IMG/VR virus record: IMGVR_UViG_3300025723_000043
Coordinates: 1 to 57,936 of that record
Strand: one strand, 5' to 3'
Source of the DNA: a virus
Taxonomy: Duplodnaviria; Caudoviricetes
DNA length: 57,936 nucleotides
In this document: positions 14,214 to 24,056 of the stretch, piece after piece
How positions within the stretch are numbered: the first letter of the stretch is position 1
Layout of the letters: the number at the start of each line of letters is the position of its first letter
Program-made: the position numbers and the translations under genes
The notes under the pieces: model-generated
What the model saw: only the letters and a program-made list of their open reading frames with translations
Databases searched by the model: none
Told to the model about the DNA's origin: nothing

Positions 14214-16127
14214 TTATTGGTTAGGTGAACCACCTACTGTTCCTAAGTCTATGGGTTGTTGCATAGGTACATCTGCATTTTGATCACCCATCATTCTTTG
14301 ACCAGCCTGAGCCAATGGTGCTCCTACTGCTGTAGACAAGCTAGGATTGACTGCAGGCGTTAGTTTGTTAACAACCTTAGCTACAGGCGATGTTATGGCA
14401 TTAGCCCATGCAGGACGATTAACTAGGGTCTTGACAAGAGCTTGTTGGACCAAGGGGTTGTAGACAGCATTGGTTCCTGCTGTGATACCAGCACCCAGTA
14501 AGCCAGCAGTCTCAGGTCCACCCAAGTATCCTGACAGGCCTAATCCAGCTCCTGCAATGGTTTTTTCAAGCATTCTTTGCTCCATGCTTGGAGTTTTCTG
14601 ACCCAATACTTTTACACCAGCCTGAGCTTCTTTTTGTAATTTTGCTTTACCTTTGGCTAGATTTTCAGTTGTATTTTCATTTTTTACTTGCGTCATGAGT
14701 TGTGAAGGCGTGAAAGAACTTTCATTCTTTAAAGCTTCAACAGAGCCACCTGCAGTTCGTTTTGGTAAAGACAGTGCACTGTGAGCTGAGTTAGCCTTCT
14801 TCAAAATACCTGTAGGATCTTTGGCTTCAGCCATGTCTCTTAGACTTTGCTGTAACAAAAGAAGAGCTTTAGCTTTTTCTCTTTGATCTACAGCATTATC
14901 TGCAGTGCTACTAAAAGCACTATTGATCTCAGAACCAAGTCTAGAATCTAAATCCTTAAAGTTTCTGGCATACATGAACTTACCAGCAGTTGGGTCTACA
15001 ACATATCTTTTGTTAACCATGTTAACCAATTGGTTATATTCCTTGAGAACTGCAGGATCATTGATGTTCTTTTGTGCGTACAAAAGGCTAGCTTGTGAAA
15101 GTCGATTAGCTTTATTGGTAGGCTCAATGGTTCCAATTTTGGGAAGAATGGTGTTATACATCTTACCAATTTGACCATCAACCAAATCTATAGTTTGTTG
15201 GGTGTTAAAGTGCTCAGGAACATCTAGGCCAAGATCAGTGGCAATGTTGCGTACCAAGCCCTTGCTGAACTCGTTGACGCCTTGTTGTTGGGCACGCTCG
15301 ACTGCGCCTCCGGGGACCACATCCCTCAGGAAATCTTCTGTTTTCTTATAGATACCACCCAAAGCTTGTCCAATCGACAGCTTGTTGATATCCACTCCTG
15401 CATCTTTTAGTTTCTGCAACTGATCAGAAAGCTTAGGCATCAAAGCACTTCCCAAAACCTTACCAAAGGTGTTGATCAAATGACTTCCTAGCACGCTGAT
15501 ACCAACTTGTCCTATCTTCTGATCAAGTACATTCTCAGTTGAATCATCAGCCTGTTGTGTAGCACCACCCAACAAACCTTGGGCAACACTCTGTCCCATC
15601 AAACCCAGTCCCTTGGTTGCAGAGCCTACAGCCATGCCACCACCAATATTTACTGGGCTTGCGATATTACCTATTAATCTAGCTGTATCAAAGGACGTAT
15701 CGCCTTGACGAGCTGTTGCATAAGCTTCTTTTGCATCTTTGTTAACTGTATGAGCTTCGTTCTCAAAATAGTCAGCAGTGTCTTTTAACCCAGCTTTTCT
15801 GAATGCACTAGCAAGCAAAGCAGGAGGTATTTGAGCCAAAGCATCAAATGGCTCACGCATACCAAAAAGAACAGATGCCGTTTTTGGATTGTCTTTCCAA
15901 ATCTTGTACTTGTCTTGTACTACTTGTGAAGGAATATTATTTTGTGGCCTAACATCTGGTGATTTACCAGCAAGCATTTTCAAATCTTCTGGTGAAAGCG
16001 ATTTTAAATACTCTTCTTTTTGCTGTTGTTCAGCAGGAGGTTGACTATTGTTGGCTAAAGCTTTTAGCTCATCCTGACTCAATGAGGAAAGATAAGCTTC
16101 TTTTTCAGGCGTTAAAGTCGTTGTCAT
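14214..16127 (-). CDS. Internal virion / DNA ejection protein
   Basis: Large Ala/Gly-rich helical protein with TM-like segments, last in the structural operon (position of podoviral ejection proteins). Confidence 0.6.
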   Translation of the reverse strand: MTTTLTPEKEAYLSSLSQDELKALANNSQPPAEQQQKEEYLKSLSPEDLKMLAGKSPDVRPQNNIPSQVVQDKYKIWKDNPKTASVLFGMREPFDALAQIPPALLASAFRKAGLKDTADYFENEAHTVNKDAKEAYATARQGDTSFDTARLIGNIASPVNIGGGMAVGSATKGLGLMGQSVAQGLLGGATQQADDSTENVLDQKIGQVGISVLGSHLINTFGKVLGSALMPKLSDQLQKLKDAGVDINKLSIGQALGGIYKKTEDFLRDVVPGGAVERAQQQGVNEFSKGLVRNIATDLGLDVPEHFNTQQTIDLVDGQIGKMYNTILPKIGTIEPTNKANRLSQASLLYAQKNINDPAVLKEYNQLVNMVNKRYVVDPTAGKFMYARNFKDLDSRLGSEINSAFSSTADNAVDQREKAKALLLLQQSLRDMAEAKDPTGILKKANSAHSALSLPKRTAGGSVEALKNESSFTPSQLMTQVKNENTTENLAKGKAKLQKEAQAGVKVLGQKTPSMEQRMLEKTIAGAGLGLSGYLGGPETAGLLGAGITAGTNAVYNPLVQQALVKTLVNRPAWANAITSPVAKVVNKLTPAVNPSLSTAVGAPLAQAGQRMMGDQNADVPMQQPIDLGTVGGSPNQ

Positions 16128-17674
16128 TGTGCACCTGCCTTCTGTTTATTCATAAAATCTTGTGCATCTTTTTGAGATATGTAAGGTCTTGGCATTGGCA
16201 CAAAATAATCTTGTTTTACTGATTCTGCAGTTGAAGAACCACCAGTTGGCATATGGCTAGCTTTTTCATTGTGATATTGGATAGCCATGCGAGCAAGTTT
16301 TTCGTTTGCATTCAACAATACCAAAATTTCAGCAGGCGTCATGGAGATGTCTCCATCTGCCGCTCTCTCCACCAAGGCCCTCTCATTTTCAGTAATACTT
16401 CCCTCGCCCTTCATTTCCATTCTTGCATAAGCTAAATTTGCCTTAGCTTGTGATTGCAACAATCTTCTGGTGTTTTCTAGTGTTTCTTGTGTATTTTTAC
16501 CAGCTACACCCAAAGTTGTTCCAACTTGTTGCAATACAGTTGCTAACTGAGCTTGTGGTCCCAAATTAATTTTTCCTGATTCAACAGCTCTTCTAGCAGT
16601 ATGAATATTGTCAATTAACTTAGTTGCCTCATCAGCTTTTGTTTTACTTGCATCAAGTCCTTTGACAAAAGCTCCAACTAATTTAGATTCATAATCTTCT
16701 TGAGTATGCGTGTTAACACTTAATTTAGTTGAACCAGCTTCTTTAATTCTTTTAATTTCAGCTAACAATTGATCGCTTTGCTCAGGTGTAAGCTTTTGAC
16801 CCAAGTTAAATCCTAGTGCATCAAACGCTGTTTTTGCATCAGGACTCAACTTGGTATTTTGCATATAGTTTTGCAATTTAATTGCATCTGCTGGGTCATA
16901 ATTCCCATTTGCATCAGGTTGAATGCCTAAGTATGCGTGTGCATTTTTCAATTCATCGGTTGTTTTTTTGCCACCAGTACCAACAATTTTGACTGTTCCA
17001 TCGTTGTTGAGTTGAGCCAAAGTTCCACCCTCAGGAATTTCTTTGTACTCAGGTTTTAATGCTTTCAAAAGACTGATATGCCCACTAGCAAGATCGCCAG
17101 CCATCTTAGGATCAATACCCATCATTTGATTGTAAACATCATTGTTTAATGTTGGATTGCCATTTTTATCAGTAGTAAATGCTTGAGGTGCAAGTTCTAA
17201 AAGTTTGTTTTGCTTTTTGGTAGCCAAGTCTTGTTGCAAGATAGCCATTCTTGCTTGCAAGTTAGGTAGCTCTTGTTTCTTTTGTTCAGCTTGGTATTGA
17301 GCCATAACATTAGAAGCATTACCTAGACTCTCTCCAAACGAACCAGTTCTGGTTGGAGACAACAAAGCACCAGCCAAAGCAAACCAAGGAATGTCTTTTG
17401 CTCCAGAACCTTTCTCTAACCTATCTTGTATCTGAGAAGAGATCAAATCCAACTTGTTTTGTTGTTCTTGAAAAGGGCTAACAGCAGGAGTAGGAGCAGG
17501 CTGTTGAGGTGTAGCAACAGGCAGTGGGCTTGCATTTGAAACAGATGCAGGCAAGCTTGTGTTTGAATTAAGAGAATATGCAGGATCAGAGCCCAAACTA
17601 AGATTGGCTTGGGATTGGTCCATCGTTGGCTGAACTTGAGCCAAAGCACCAACAGAATTTTGAGCGTCTTGCAT
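16124..17674 (-). CDS. Internal virion / DNA ejection protein
   Basis: ALAGALLSPTRTGSFGESLG motif, coiled coils, G.ITE.ER motif; position in the operon. Confidence 0.6.
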   Translation of the reverse strand: MQDAQNSVGALAQVQPTMDQSQANLSLGSDPAYSLNSNTSLPASVSNASPLPVATPQQPAPTPAVSPFQEQQNKLDLISSQIQDRLEKGSGAKDIPWFALAGALLSPTRTGSFGESLGNASNVMAQYQAEQKKQELPNLQARMAILQQDLATKKQNKLLELAPQAFTTDKNGNPTLNNDVYNQMMGIDPKMAGDLASGHISLLKALKPEYKEIPEGGTLAQLNNDGTVKIVGTGGKKTTDELKNAHAYLGIQPDANGNYDPADAIKLQNYMQNTKLSPDAKTAFDALGFNLGQKLTPEQSDQLLAEIKRIKEAGSTKLSVNTHTQEDYESKLVGAFVKGLDASKTKADEATKLIDNIHTARRAVESGKINLGPQAQLATVLQQVGTTLGVAGKNTQETLENTRRLLQSQAKANLAYARMEMKGEGSITENERALVERAADGDISMTPAEILVLLNANEKLARMAIQYHNEKASHMPTGGSSTAESVKQDYFVPMPRPYISQKDAQDFMNKQKAGAQ

Positions 17675-17687
17675 GATTTGATTATTT

Positions 17688-19985
17688 TTAAACGGTTGTT
17701 GAGTTGTAATCACTTAGCAACATCATTGGGAATCCAAGCTTGCTGTAATCAACTGTGTAAACTCCATCGTTGTCAGTGACTGCTGATTCGTGCTCTGTAC
17801 CCAACAGATCTTGAGCCATTACACCAACGTAGCAGTCATCGCTCCAGAGGTATTGGAAGCTATAAAGCTTGATTCCATTGTTTTCACCAATCAAGCTTAC
17901 GTTTCTCTTGAATCTTCTGTCACTCAAAGTGTTGTACAACTGGTTAGCACCATTAGCTGTTTGCAAACCACCATTGAGCAAAGATAAGGCGCCAGTTGCT
18001 GTTGCCAAGCCAGATGGCTGATAAATAGATGCAGGAGCCTGTGTAATCGCTGTAGTCGTTGTAGGCTTAGACAAAGATGCCAACAAGTTAGCATATGCCT
18101 GAGCTTGCTGTTGACCAAACAACTGTTGATTTTGGTTAATTGTCTGCTGTTGAGCACCAAGTGTAGACAAGGCATTCAAGTTGTTCAATCCAAGAGACTG
18201 AGCAGTTGTTCCCAAATTACCTTGGGTTTGTGCTTGTGCTATCAAGTTAGCCTGTTGAGAAGCAGTCAACTGACCTGCAGTCTGACCAGCAGTTAAGTTT
18301 GCTTGATTCTGTGCGTTTTGCAAAGAACCTTGTGTAGCACCAACTTGAGCCAATGTGTTTGCTTGTTGTGCAGTCAAGTTGCCAGCAATCTGACCTGATT
18401 GAATAGCATTCTGTGCACCAAGGTTTGTCAAGTTGCCTAGTGATGTTCCTGCAGTAATTGCATTTTGACCAGCTTGATTGGTTAAATTGCCTAAGCTTGT
18501 TCCTGCAGTCAATGCATTTTGAGCCTGTTGGTTAGTCAAATTGCCAAGAGCTGTACCACCTGCAATAGCATTCTGAGCTTGTTGGTTAGCAATACTGCCT
18601 GTAGTAGCACCAGCTTGTAAAGCATTTTGGGCTTGCTGATTGGCAAATTGACCAGTAAGTGAAGCACCTTGCAAGGCATTTTGAGCCTGTTGATTGGTTG
18701 CTGTTCCAGCCAACTGAGCCGCAGTCAATTGGTTTTGTGCTTGAGCATTGACCAAATTACCTGCTGTACTGCCCAAATTTGCCAAGTTAGCGGCCTGCGC
18801 TTGTTGGACTTGACCTGCAGTAGCACCTGCTGTGAGTTGATTTTGAAGCCCTTGTTGTGCGGCGCTCAGTGCCTGCCCATACCCAGTATTTAACTGGTTC
18901 GCAATCTGTGCATTCAGTGCTGTATTGGCATCAGCCACAGTCTGACCCAACACCTCCTCACCCCTCAAGGAGCCAAATTGACCTGAGGCAACAGCTCCAG
19001 CATTTGCAGAGGGCAAGAGGTTTTGGTTAATGTTTTGTTGGCCCTGAGTCTCAAGCTGATTGATCACGCTTTGTTGGTAGGGGCTCATGTATTGGCCTGC
19101 AAGCTGTGCGGCGTTTTGAGTGCCAGCTTGTAGGTATGGGTTAGCGGCAGAGAGGCCCGTTTGCTGTGTGGCCGCGCTCGCATACGGATTAAACGCACCT
19201 AGTTGATTGGCTGATGTAGCTGAACTTATGTATGGCTGTTCTGCACCAAGTACATTTGCATTCGCACCTTGATTGATTAATCCTTGAGCTTGTCCAAGAA
19301 TATTTGCATTAGCACCTTGGCTTAAATAGCCTTGTGCACTGCCTAGGGCGTTTTGGTTGATACCTTGGTTGATTGCTCCTGAGCCAGCACCAACTATGTT
19401 TGCGTTTGCTCCTTGGCCTAGGTAGCCTGCGCCAGCCGTTGCGCCATTCATCCCAGCACCTTGGTTAATTAAACCTGATCCTGCTGAGGATGGATTCATG
19501 GCAGAAGCTGTGCCAAGGTACCCAGATGCGGCCAACGCTGGGTTGGTATACATCGCTTGATTTAATGCAGAAGCACCAGCATTCAGAGGGCTGTTTGTGG
19601 TTGCGTTAGTGAGGTACGGGTTGGCCGCGTTCACCGAGTTCAGCCCATTAGCTGAAGAAAGTGCATTTGTTGCATTCGTCAAGTAAGGTTGATAAATGCC
19701 TGAGTTTGTTAAGTTATTAGCATTGTTGAAGGCTAGTGTTTGATTGGCTGTTGGACCTGCAAACTGTGCGTTCTGGGCCGCGTTCATGCCATACAGAGCC
19801 GTACCCTGCGAAAGTGCTGAATAGAAGGGATCGAGAGAGGTGGCAGAGGTTTGGGAGGTCTGCACGTTGGGGGCCGCGGCCCCTTGCGTGAGCGATGTAC
19901 TTCCAGAATTATTCAACGTTGGCAAATTTGATAAAGCCAACGCCCCACTTCCAGACCCAGAACCTGTTGTAGTTGATGTGGTCAT
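17688..19985 (-). CDS. DNA pilot/ejection protein with 18-aa Q/N/A/G repeats and C-terminal peptidase S74 chaperone domain
   Basis: GQFGSLR motif, NQQAQNAL..G...G repeats, SDRRFKRNV...Y.FQY...GVMAQD...VDYSKL. Confidence 0.7.
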   Translation of the reverse strand: MTTSTTTGSGSGSGALALSNLPTLNNSGSTSLTQGAAAPNVQTSQTSATSLDPFYSALSQGTALYGMNAAQNAQFAGPTANQTLAFNNANNLTNSGIYQPYLTNATNALSSANGLNSVNAANPYLTNATTNSPLNAGASALNQAMYTNPALAASGYLGTASAMNPSSAGSGLINQGAGMNGATAGAGYLGQGANANIVGAGSGAINQGINQNALGSAQGYLSQGANANILGQAQGLINQGANANVLGAEQPYISSATSANQLGAFNPYASAATQQTGLSAANPYLQAGTQNAAQLAGQYMSPYQQSVINQLETQGQQNINQNLLPSANAGAVASGQFGSLRGEEVLGQTVADANTALNAQIANQLNTGYGQALSAAQQGLQNQLTAGATAGQVQQAQAANLANLGSTAGNLVNAQAQNQLTAAQLAGTATNQQAQNALQGASLTGQFANQQAQNALQAGATTGSIANQQAQNAIAGGTALGNLTNQQAQNALTAGTSLGNLTNQAGQNAITAGTSLGNLTNLGAQNAIQSGQIAGNLTAQQANTLAQVGATQGSLQNAQNQANLTAGQTAGQLTASQQANLIAQAQTQGNLGTTAQSLGLNNLNALSTLGAQQQTINQNQQLFGQQQAQAYANLLASLSKPTTTTAITQAPASIYQPSGLATATGALSLLNGGLQTANGANQLYNTLSDRRFKRNVSLIGENNGIKLYSFQYLWSDDCYVGVMAQDLLGTEHESAVTDNDGVYTVDYSKLGFPMMLLSDYNSTTV

Positions 19986-21103
19986 TTCCTATTCCCCTCT
20001 TGTAAGTAAGCCAAAGGACTCTTTGCCTTAGGTGGTATTTTGTCATCAGGAGCAGATCTCTTGTGTGCTCTGATTGCTTCTCTCATCTTGTCCAACGCCT
20101 GAGCACCTGCTTTATTTGACCCATCTCCCAACGAGGCCACAGTGTCAGCATCAAAAACGTACTCTCCATCTGCCAATTTTGCATCAATATCATCACTTTG
20201 TCCTGTTCCTGCACCTTGTACATAGTGCGTACCACCCCTTGTACTAAAAACCGTTTCTAAGGGTGATTTGGGGTAATGTGGGTGCCCAAAATGATCATTG
20301 ATATGACCACCTTTTTTGGCATTTAAATTTTTAAACGAGGGAACAATACCTGATGTGCTTACGCTCTCAATAGGCATTTGATAAGCACCCATCAGTTTTA
20401 AGTTTTCATTATATGGAGATGTAGAACCTTGGCCTCCACCAGAGGTTGAACCTCCTGAAAGGCCTGATGGAGAAGCAAAACCTGAGCTAGAGCCTTGGGT
20501 TGGTGAAAGTGAGGTTTTTGCGTCTTTGAGTGCAGAGGCCGCATTTGCTAGCGCAGAAGCTGTAGACAGAGCATTACCAGCATAGGTGTAGCCAGTAGGC
20601 GTCATGATATCTGCCATGCTTTGAGCAACTGGTGTTGATGCACCACCCAAAGTGGAAACCCCAGAGGCGGCGTTGCCACTCAAGTCAGTGATACTAGGTG
20701 CTAACTGTGAACTCATGTCACCAGTCTGGAGAACATTACCTAAGGTATCAAAGGATGGGTTCAGACCAGCACTTGCGTTAGCAACTGGAGCTAGGGAGGT
20801 TGTACCACCTGCTATGCCTGTACCAGCAGTTAGGTCTCCTGCTCCTTCTGCTGTCATGAGACCGGGCGTGCTCGCCATAACAGGCGTAGAGCTTTGAGCC
20901 GCCAACGCAAGGTCAGCAGACTCAGCATCACCACCCACAGAAGCAATAAGCTCAGGTGCGTAGATGGCTCCAGCAACGAGTGCGGCATCCCTCAGGATGG
21001 GACTCTGCACCACCTGATTGACCACATTACCAACTGCGTTTCCCACATCAGAAACTGCATTTGATACACCATCTACAACTTTACCAAGTACACCACCACT
21101 CAT
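19982..21103 (-). CDS. Virion protein with C-terminal G.GTG.SDDI.A.L.DGEYV domain
   Basis: Amphipathic N-terminus, low-complexity middle, KKGG tag, C-terminal motif like tape-measure C-termini. Confidence 0.6.
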   Translation of the reverse strand: MSGGVLGKVVDGVSNAVSDVGNAVGNVVNQVVQSPILRDAALVAGAIYAPELIASVGGDAESADLALAAQSSTPVMASTPGLMTAEGAGDLTAGTGIAGGTTSLAPVANASAGLNPSFDTLGNVLQTGDMSSQLAPSITDLSGNAASGVSTLGGASTPVAQSMADIMTPTGYTYAGNALSTASALANAASALKDAKTSLSPTQGSSSGFASPSGLSGGSTSGGGQGSTSPYNENLKLMGAYQMPIESVSTSGIVPSFKNLNAKKGGHINDHFGHPHYPKSPLETVFSTRGGTHYVQGAGTGQSDDIDAKLADGEYVFDADTVASLGDGSNKAGAQALDKMREAIRAHKRSAPDDKIPPKAKSPLAYLQEGNRK

Positions 21104-21568
21104 TTATAGCTCCCCATGTAAAACATAAGGATCAATCTGGTTGATTCCTGAGTGTTTCATCGTAATGTTTTTTAACCCTGCAAGCTGTGCAAGTCTCAAA
21201 TCTGTACCCTCATTTTGAGCGTACATAAGAATGGATTTCATGCCTTTGTTCTTGAGAAACTTAGCCATTTTTCTCAAAGCATTGATATATTGTCTAGGTG
21301 GGTCACCATTGATAATGGCTAAGAGAACGTTTCTGTCTTTTTCTTTACAGAAGAAAATAACATTGTTAAATCTGATGGGCTTAAAACCTTGTCTAACCAA
21401 ATTACCCATGGTCACCATAAGATCGTCATGGTTGCCACTCATATCATTGGTTAAGCGATGAGCATGGGCGATTTCGTGCACATCCTTCAACATATGTGGA
21501 GGATTGTTGTTGACAGGCTCATTGGCTATGTTGTCTGCCAAAGCGTGAGCTAACAAGTGTTCTATCAT
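21104..21568 (-). CDS. Hypothetical protein (possibly degenerate GNAT fold)
   Basis: Alpha/beta pattern; lies before the ejection genes, where GNAT-like genes often occur in podoviruses. Confidence 0.5.
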   Translation of the reverse strand: MIEHLLAHALADNIANEPVNNNPPHMLKDVHEIAHAHRLTNDMSGNHDDLMVTMGNLVRQGFKPIRFNNVIFFCKEKDRNVLLAIINGDPPRQYINALRKMAKFLKNKGMKSILMYAQNEGTDLRLAQLAGLKNITMKHSGINQIDPYVLHGEL

Positions 21569-21807
21569 TTTTGTCCCTTTTGGAGTGACATTATTCCAAC
21601 TAAACTTTCAGCCCATGTTTGCCACGTTGGGAATCCTCTGTGATCAGGTACTCCTGATTGCACAAAATACCCAATGCCTTGCATACCAGATGCCCACTCT
21701 CTCCAATTTTCCTCAGGCAAAGTCCCAAGTTGGTTTGGAGCAAAAAGTTCTGCCATATGAGCACACCACGAGTCCCAAGTATGCCCACGAGGATCGTAAA
21801 CAACCAT
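21565..21807 (-). CDS. Trp-rich hypothetical virion-region protein
   Basis: ORF track; coupled on both sides. Confidence 0.65.
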   Translation of the reverse strand: MVVYDPRGHTWDSWCAHMAELFAPNQLGTLPEENWREWASGMQGIGYFVQSGVPDHRGFPTWQTWAESLVGIMSLQKGQK

Positions 21808-24056
21808 TATGGGTTACCTGTAGAGCGTTCATCGCCAATCTCACATGACAGCAAAACTTTACCCATTTGGTAGTTTCCACCATAGGTGTTGCTCTCAAAC
21901 CTGATTCTCATCTCACGCCTTTGCTCTCTCATGTCGATTTTAAGCGTTGTGGGGCTAAATGTATATGGTCCAGTGGTGACATCGCTATCGTCAGCGTAGC
22001 CTTTGCCAGTGATGTAAAGGTTCATATTGCCATTTTGAACAAAATCTGGTTCAACACGCTCGACTCGAATCCAACGGTTAGTGCCTGAGGGGTCCATGGC
22101 CCCCGGCCCCCCCGTCACCCAGCCAATATTGTTTGTCTCAATGTAACTCTGTACTGCATCCACATTGGTCAAATACACCTGATCTGACCCTGTTTCATGT
22201 TGCCAAAGCGTAAAAAACTGATTAAATGTCGCTGTAATCGTCAACCCTGTACCACTTGAGGGTGCTCTCGCAGTTGTAGTCAATGTGCCTGATAGGGATT
22301 GAGAATAAGATCCACCATTTGCAATGCTCAATCCAGTCACAACACCACTAGAAACGCTTGTAACAGTTAAAAGTGCATTTGCTCCTGATCCACCATTGAC
22401 AGCAATTACATCATTAACAGCATAACTAGATCCACCACTTACTATGGATAAAGCAGTAATTTGGTAACCTGTAGCTACATTAGATCCCCAAATTGGGTGC
22501 ACAAACACCTCAGAAAACGTTCCTGCTGACCGTTTGGCTCCTACAGCTTGTCCTGCATCGTACCAAGTCTGCTCTCTAACATTGTAGATAACAGCATCTG
22601 TACATTCAGTTGCAGAACCTCTAGGGTAGAACCACCATATTTCACCCCAGCGAGGCACCTTAGTAACCCAAACTTTTTGCCTTTGAGCATAGTTCAGGTT
22701 ATCAAAAAAGTAGTTTTGATTCAAAGTGTTGGGTACTTCCTGAACCACACCGTTATAAACCAAAAATCTATCTACTCCAGCCCAGTAATACAAACCATCG
22801 TATTCAATTACTGAGCTTGAAGACAAGATAGAGGTTTGACTAGAAATGATGTCATAAGTCCAGAAATAGCTATAACTACCTGATGTTGTAGGCGTAAAGC
22901 TAACCCTGATCAATGAATCCAAAGCCCAAAATAAACCAGAAGGTGAAGTTGTACCACCCCTGACAGGCAATCCCTTGACAATCTTTCCTGTGGCTACGTT
23001 GTTGATATTTGCATCAGAAGCAACCCAGTTGTTGAAGTCTCCTGCTGAACTATTCTGGATCAAGCCATCGTTGCCATAAACAAAAAGATAGGGATGGATA
23101 ACAACACAACCACCAGAAACAGCGATTTGATTGTCAAAAGTCACTGGGGTATACAAAGTAAAAGTTAAGCCTGCAGTTGTTCCTGCAGTAGTTGTGATGG
23201 CTGTTCCACCAAGGGTGCTTGACAGAGTGAACGTTGTCGATCCATTGGTTGCGATGATGTAATAAGTCTTAGGGCTTGCGTAATTGAGGATTGAACCAGT
23301 TCCTGTGAGCGTACCCGTGATGACCACTGCCTCGCCTGTAGCCAAAGTGGTTGAGGTGCAAGAAAATTGTCCTGCAGTACCTGTAATTGCTACACCAGTA
23401 AGGCTAGGGGTTGTTCCAGTGGCATTTTGAGACATCGTCACCGTATTGGTGACAACAGAAACAACTGTCGTTCCAGTAGGAATATAGGTTCCAGTGATCA
23501 ATTGACCAGCACCTACTTTGATGTCTGTGGAGCTTAAAGTAAGGGTGTTGGAGCCATTTGTGGTGGCACCAAAATCGTTGAAAATACCTACTTTGTTCAT
23601 CGTACCCCCGGGGAACGAGCCGTACAAAACAGGCGTGTTCACAGTGCTGTCGATGGCTGAGAGGTTCTGCCCCGGGTGCGCTACAAGCGTCTGCCCACCT
23701 CCACCAGCATCGTGTGCAATATCAAATTGCCACAAATTATTCGTTGAACTAGTGAAATAGTTCAGCGTGTACTGCACTGGACCATACCCAGTACCATTAA
23801 CGTTATTGGTTTGCCACTGCTCCAACCCTGCAGAATAGCCAGAAAGCACATAGTTAATGCCTCCAACAGAGGTCATTGTCATCCCACGAGAAATATTAGA
23901 GGCATTGTTAAAAATACCGTTGTACCCACCAATTTTACGAGGTCTCCCACGCTGAAAACGTACCCATACCCCATCTACATAAGATGGAGAATCAAACAAA
24001 GTACCATCCCTCTGGATGCCAGCCTTGATGTTTAGGGATATGACTTTTTCAGTCAT
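21807..24056 (-). CDS. Tail nozzle / DNA stabilisation protein (P22 gp10-like) with inserted beta domains
   Basis: GIQRDGT...VRFQRGRPRKIGG N-terminus; EIWWFYP...C...VIYN; VEPDF; R.MRIRFES C-terminus. Confidence 0.7.
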   Translation of the reverse strand: MTEKVISLNIKAGIQRDGTLFDSPSYVDGVWVRFQRGRPRKIGGYNGIFNNASNISRGMTMTSVGGINYVLSGYSAGLEQWQTNNVNGTGYGPVQYTLNYFTSSTNNLWQFDIAHDAGGGGQTLVAHPGQNLSAIDSTVNTPVLYGSFPGGTMNKVGIFNDFGATTNGSNTLTLSSTDIKVGAGQLITGTYIPTGTTVVSVVTNTVTMSQNATGTTPSLTGVAITGTAGQFSCTSTTLATGEAVVITGTLTGTGSILNYASPKTYYIIATNGSTTFTLSSTLGGTAITTTAGTTAGLTFTLYTPVTFDNQIAVSGGCVVIHPYLFVYGNDGLIQNSSAGDFNNWVASDANINNVATGKIVKGLPVRGGTTSPSGLFWALDSLIRVSFTPTTSGSYSYFWTYDIISSQTSILSSSSVIEYDGLYYWAGVDRFLVYNGVVQEVPNTLNQNYFFDNLNYAQRQKVWVTKVPRWGEIWWFYPRGSATECTDAVIYNVREQTWYDAGQAVGAKRSAGTFSEVFVHPIWGSNVATGYQITALSIVSGGSSYAVNDVIAVNGGSGANALLTVTSVSSGVVTGLSIANGGSYSQSLSGTLTTTARAPSSGTGLTITATFNQFFTLWQHETGSDQVYLTNVDAVQSYIETNNIGWVTGGPGAMDPSGTNRWIRVERVEPDFVQNGNMNLYITGKGYADDSDVTTGPYTFSPTTLKIDMREQRREMRIRFESNTYGGNYQMGKVLLSCEIGDERSTGNP

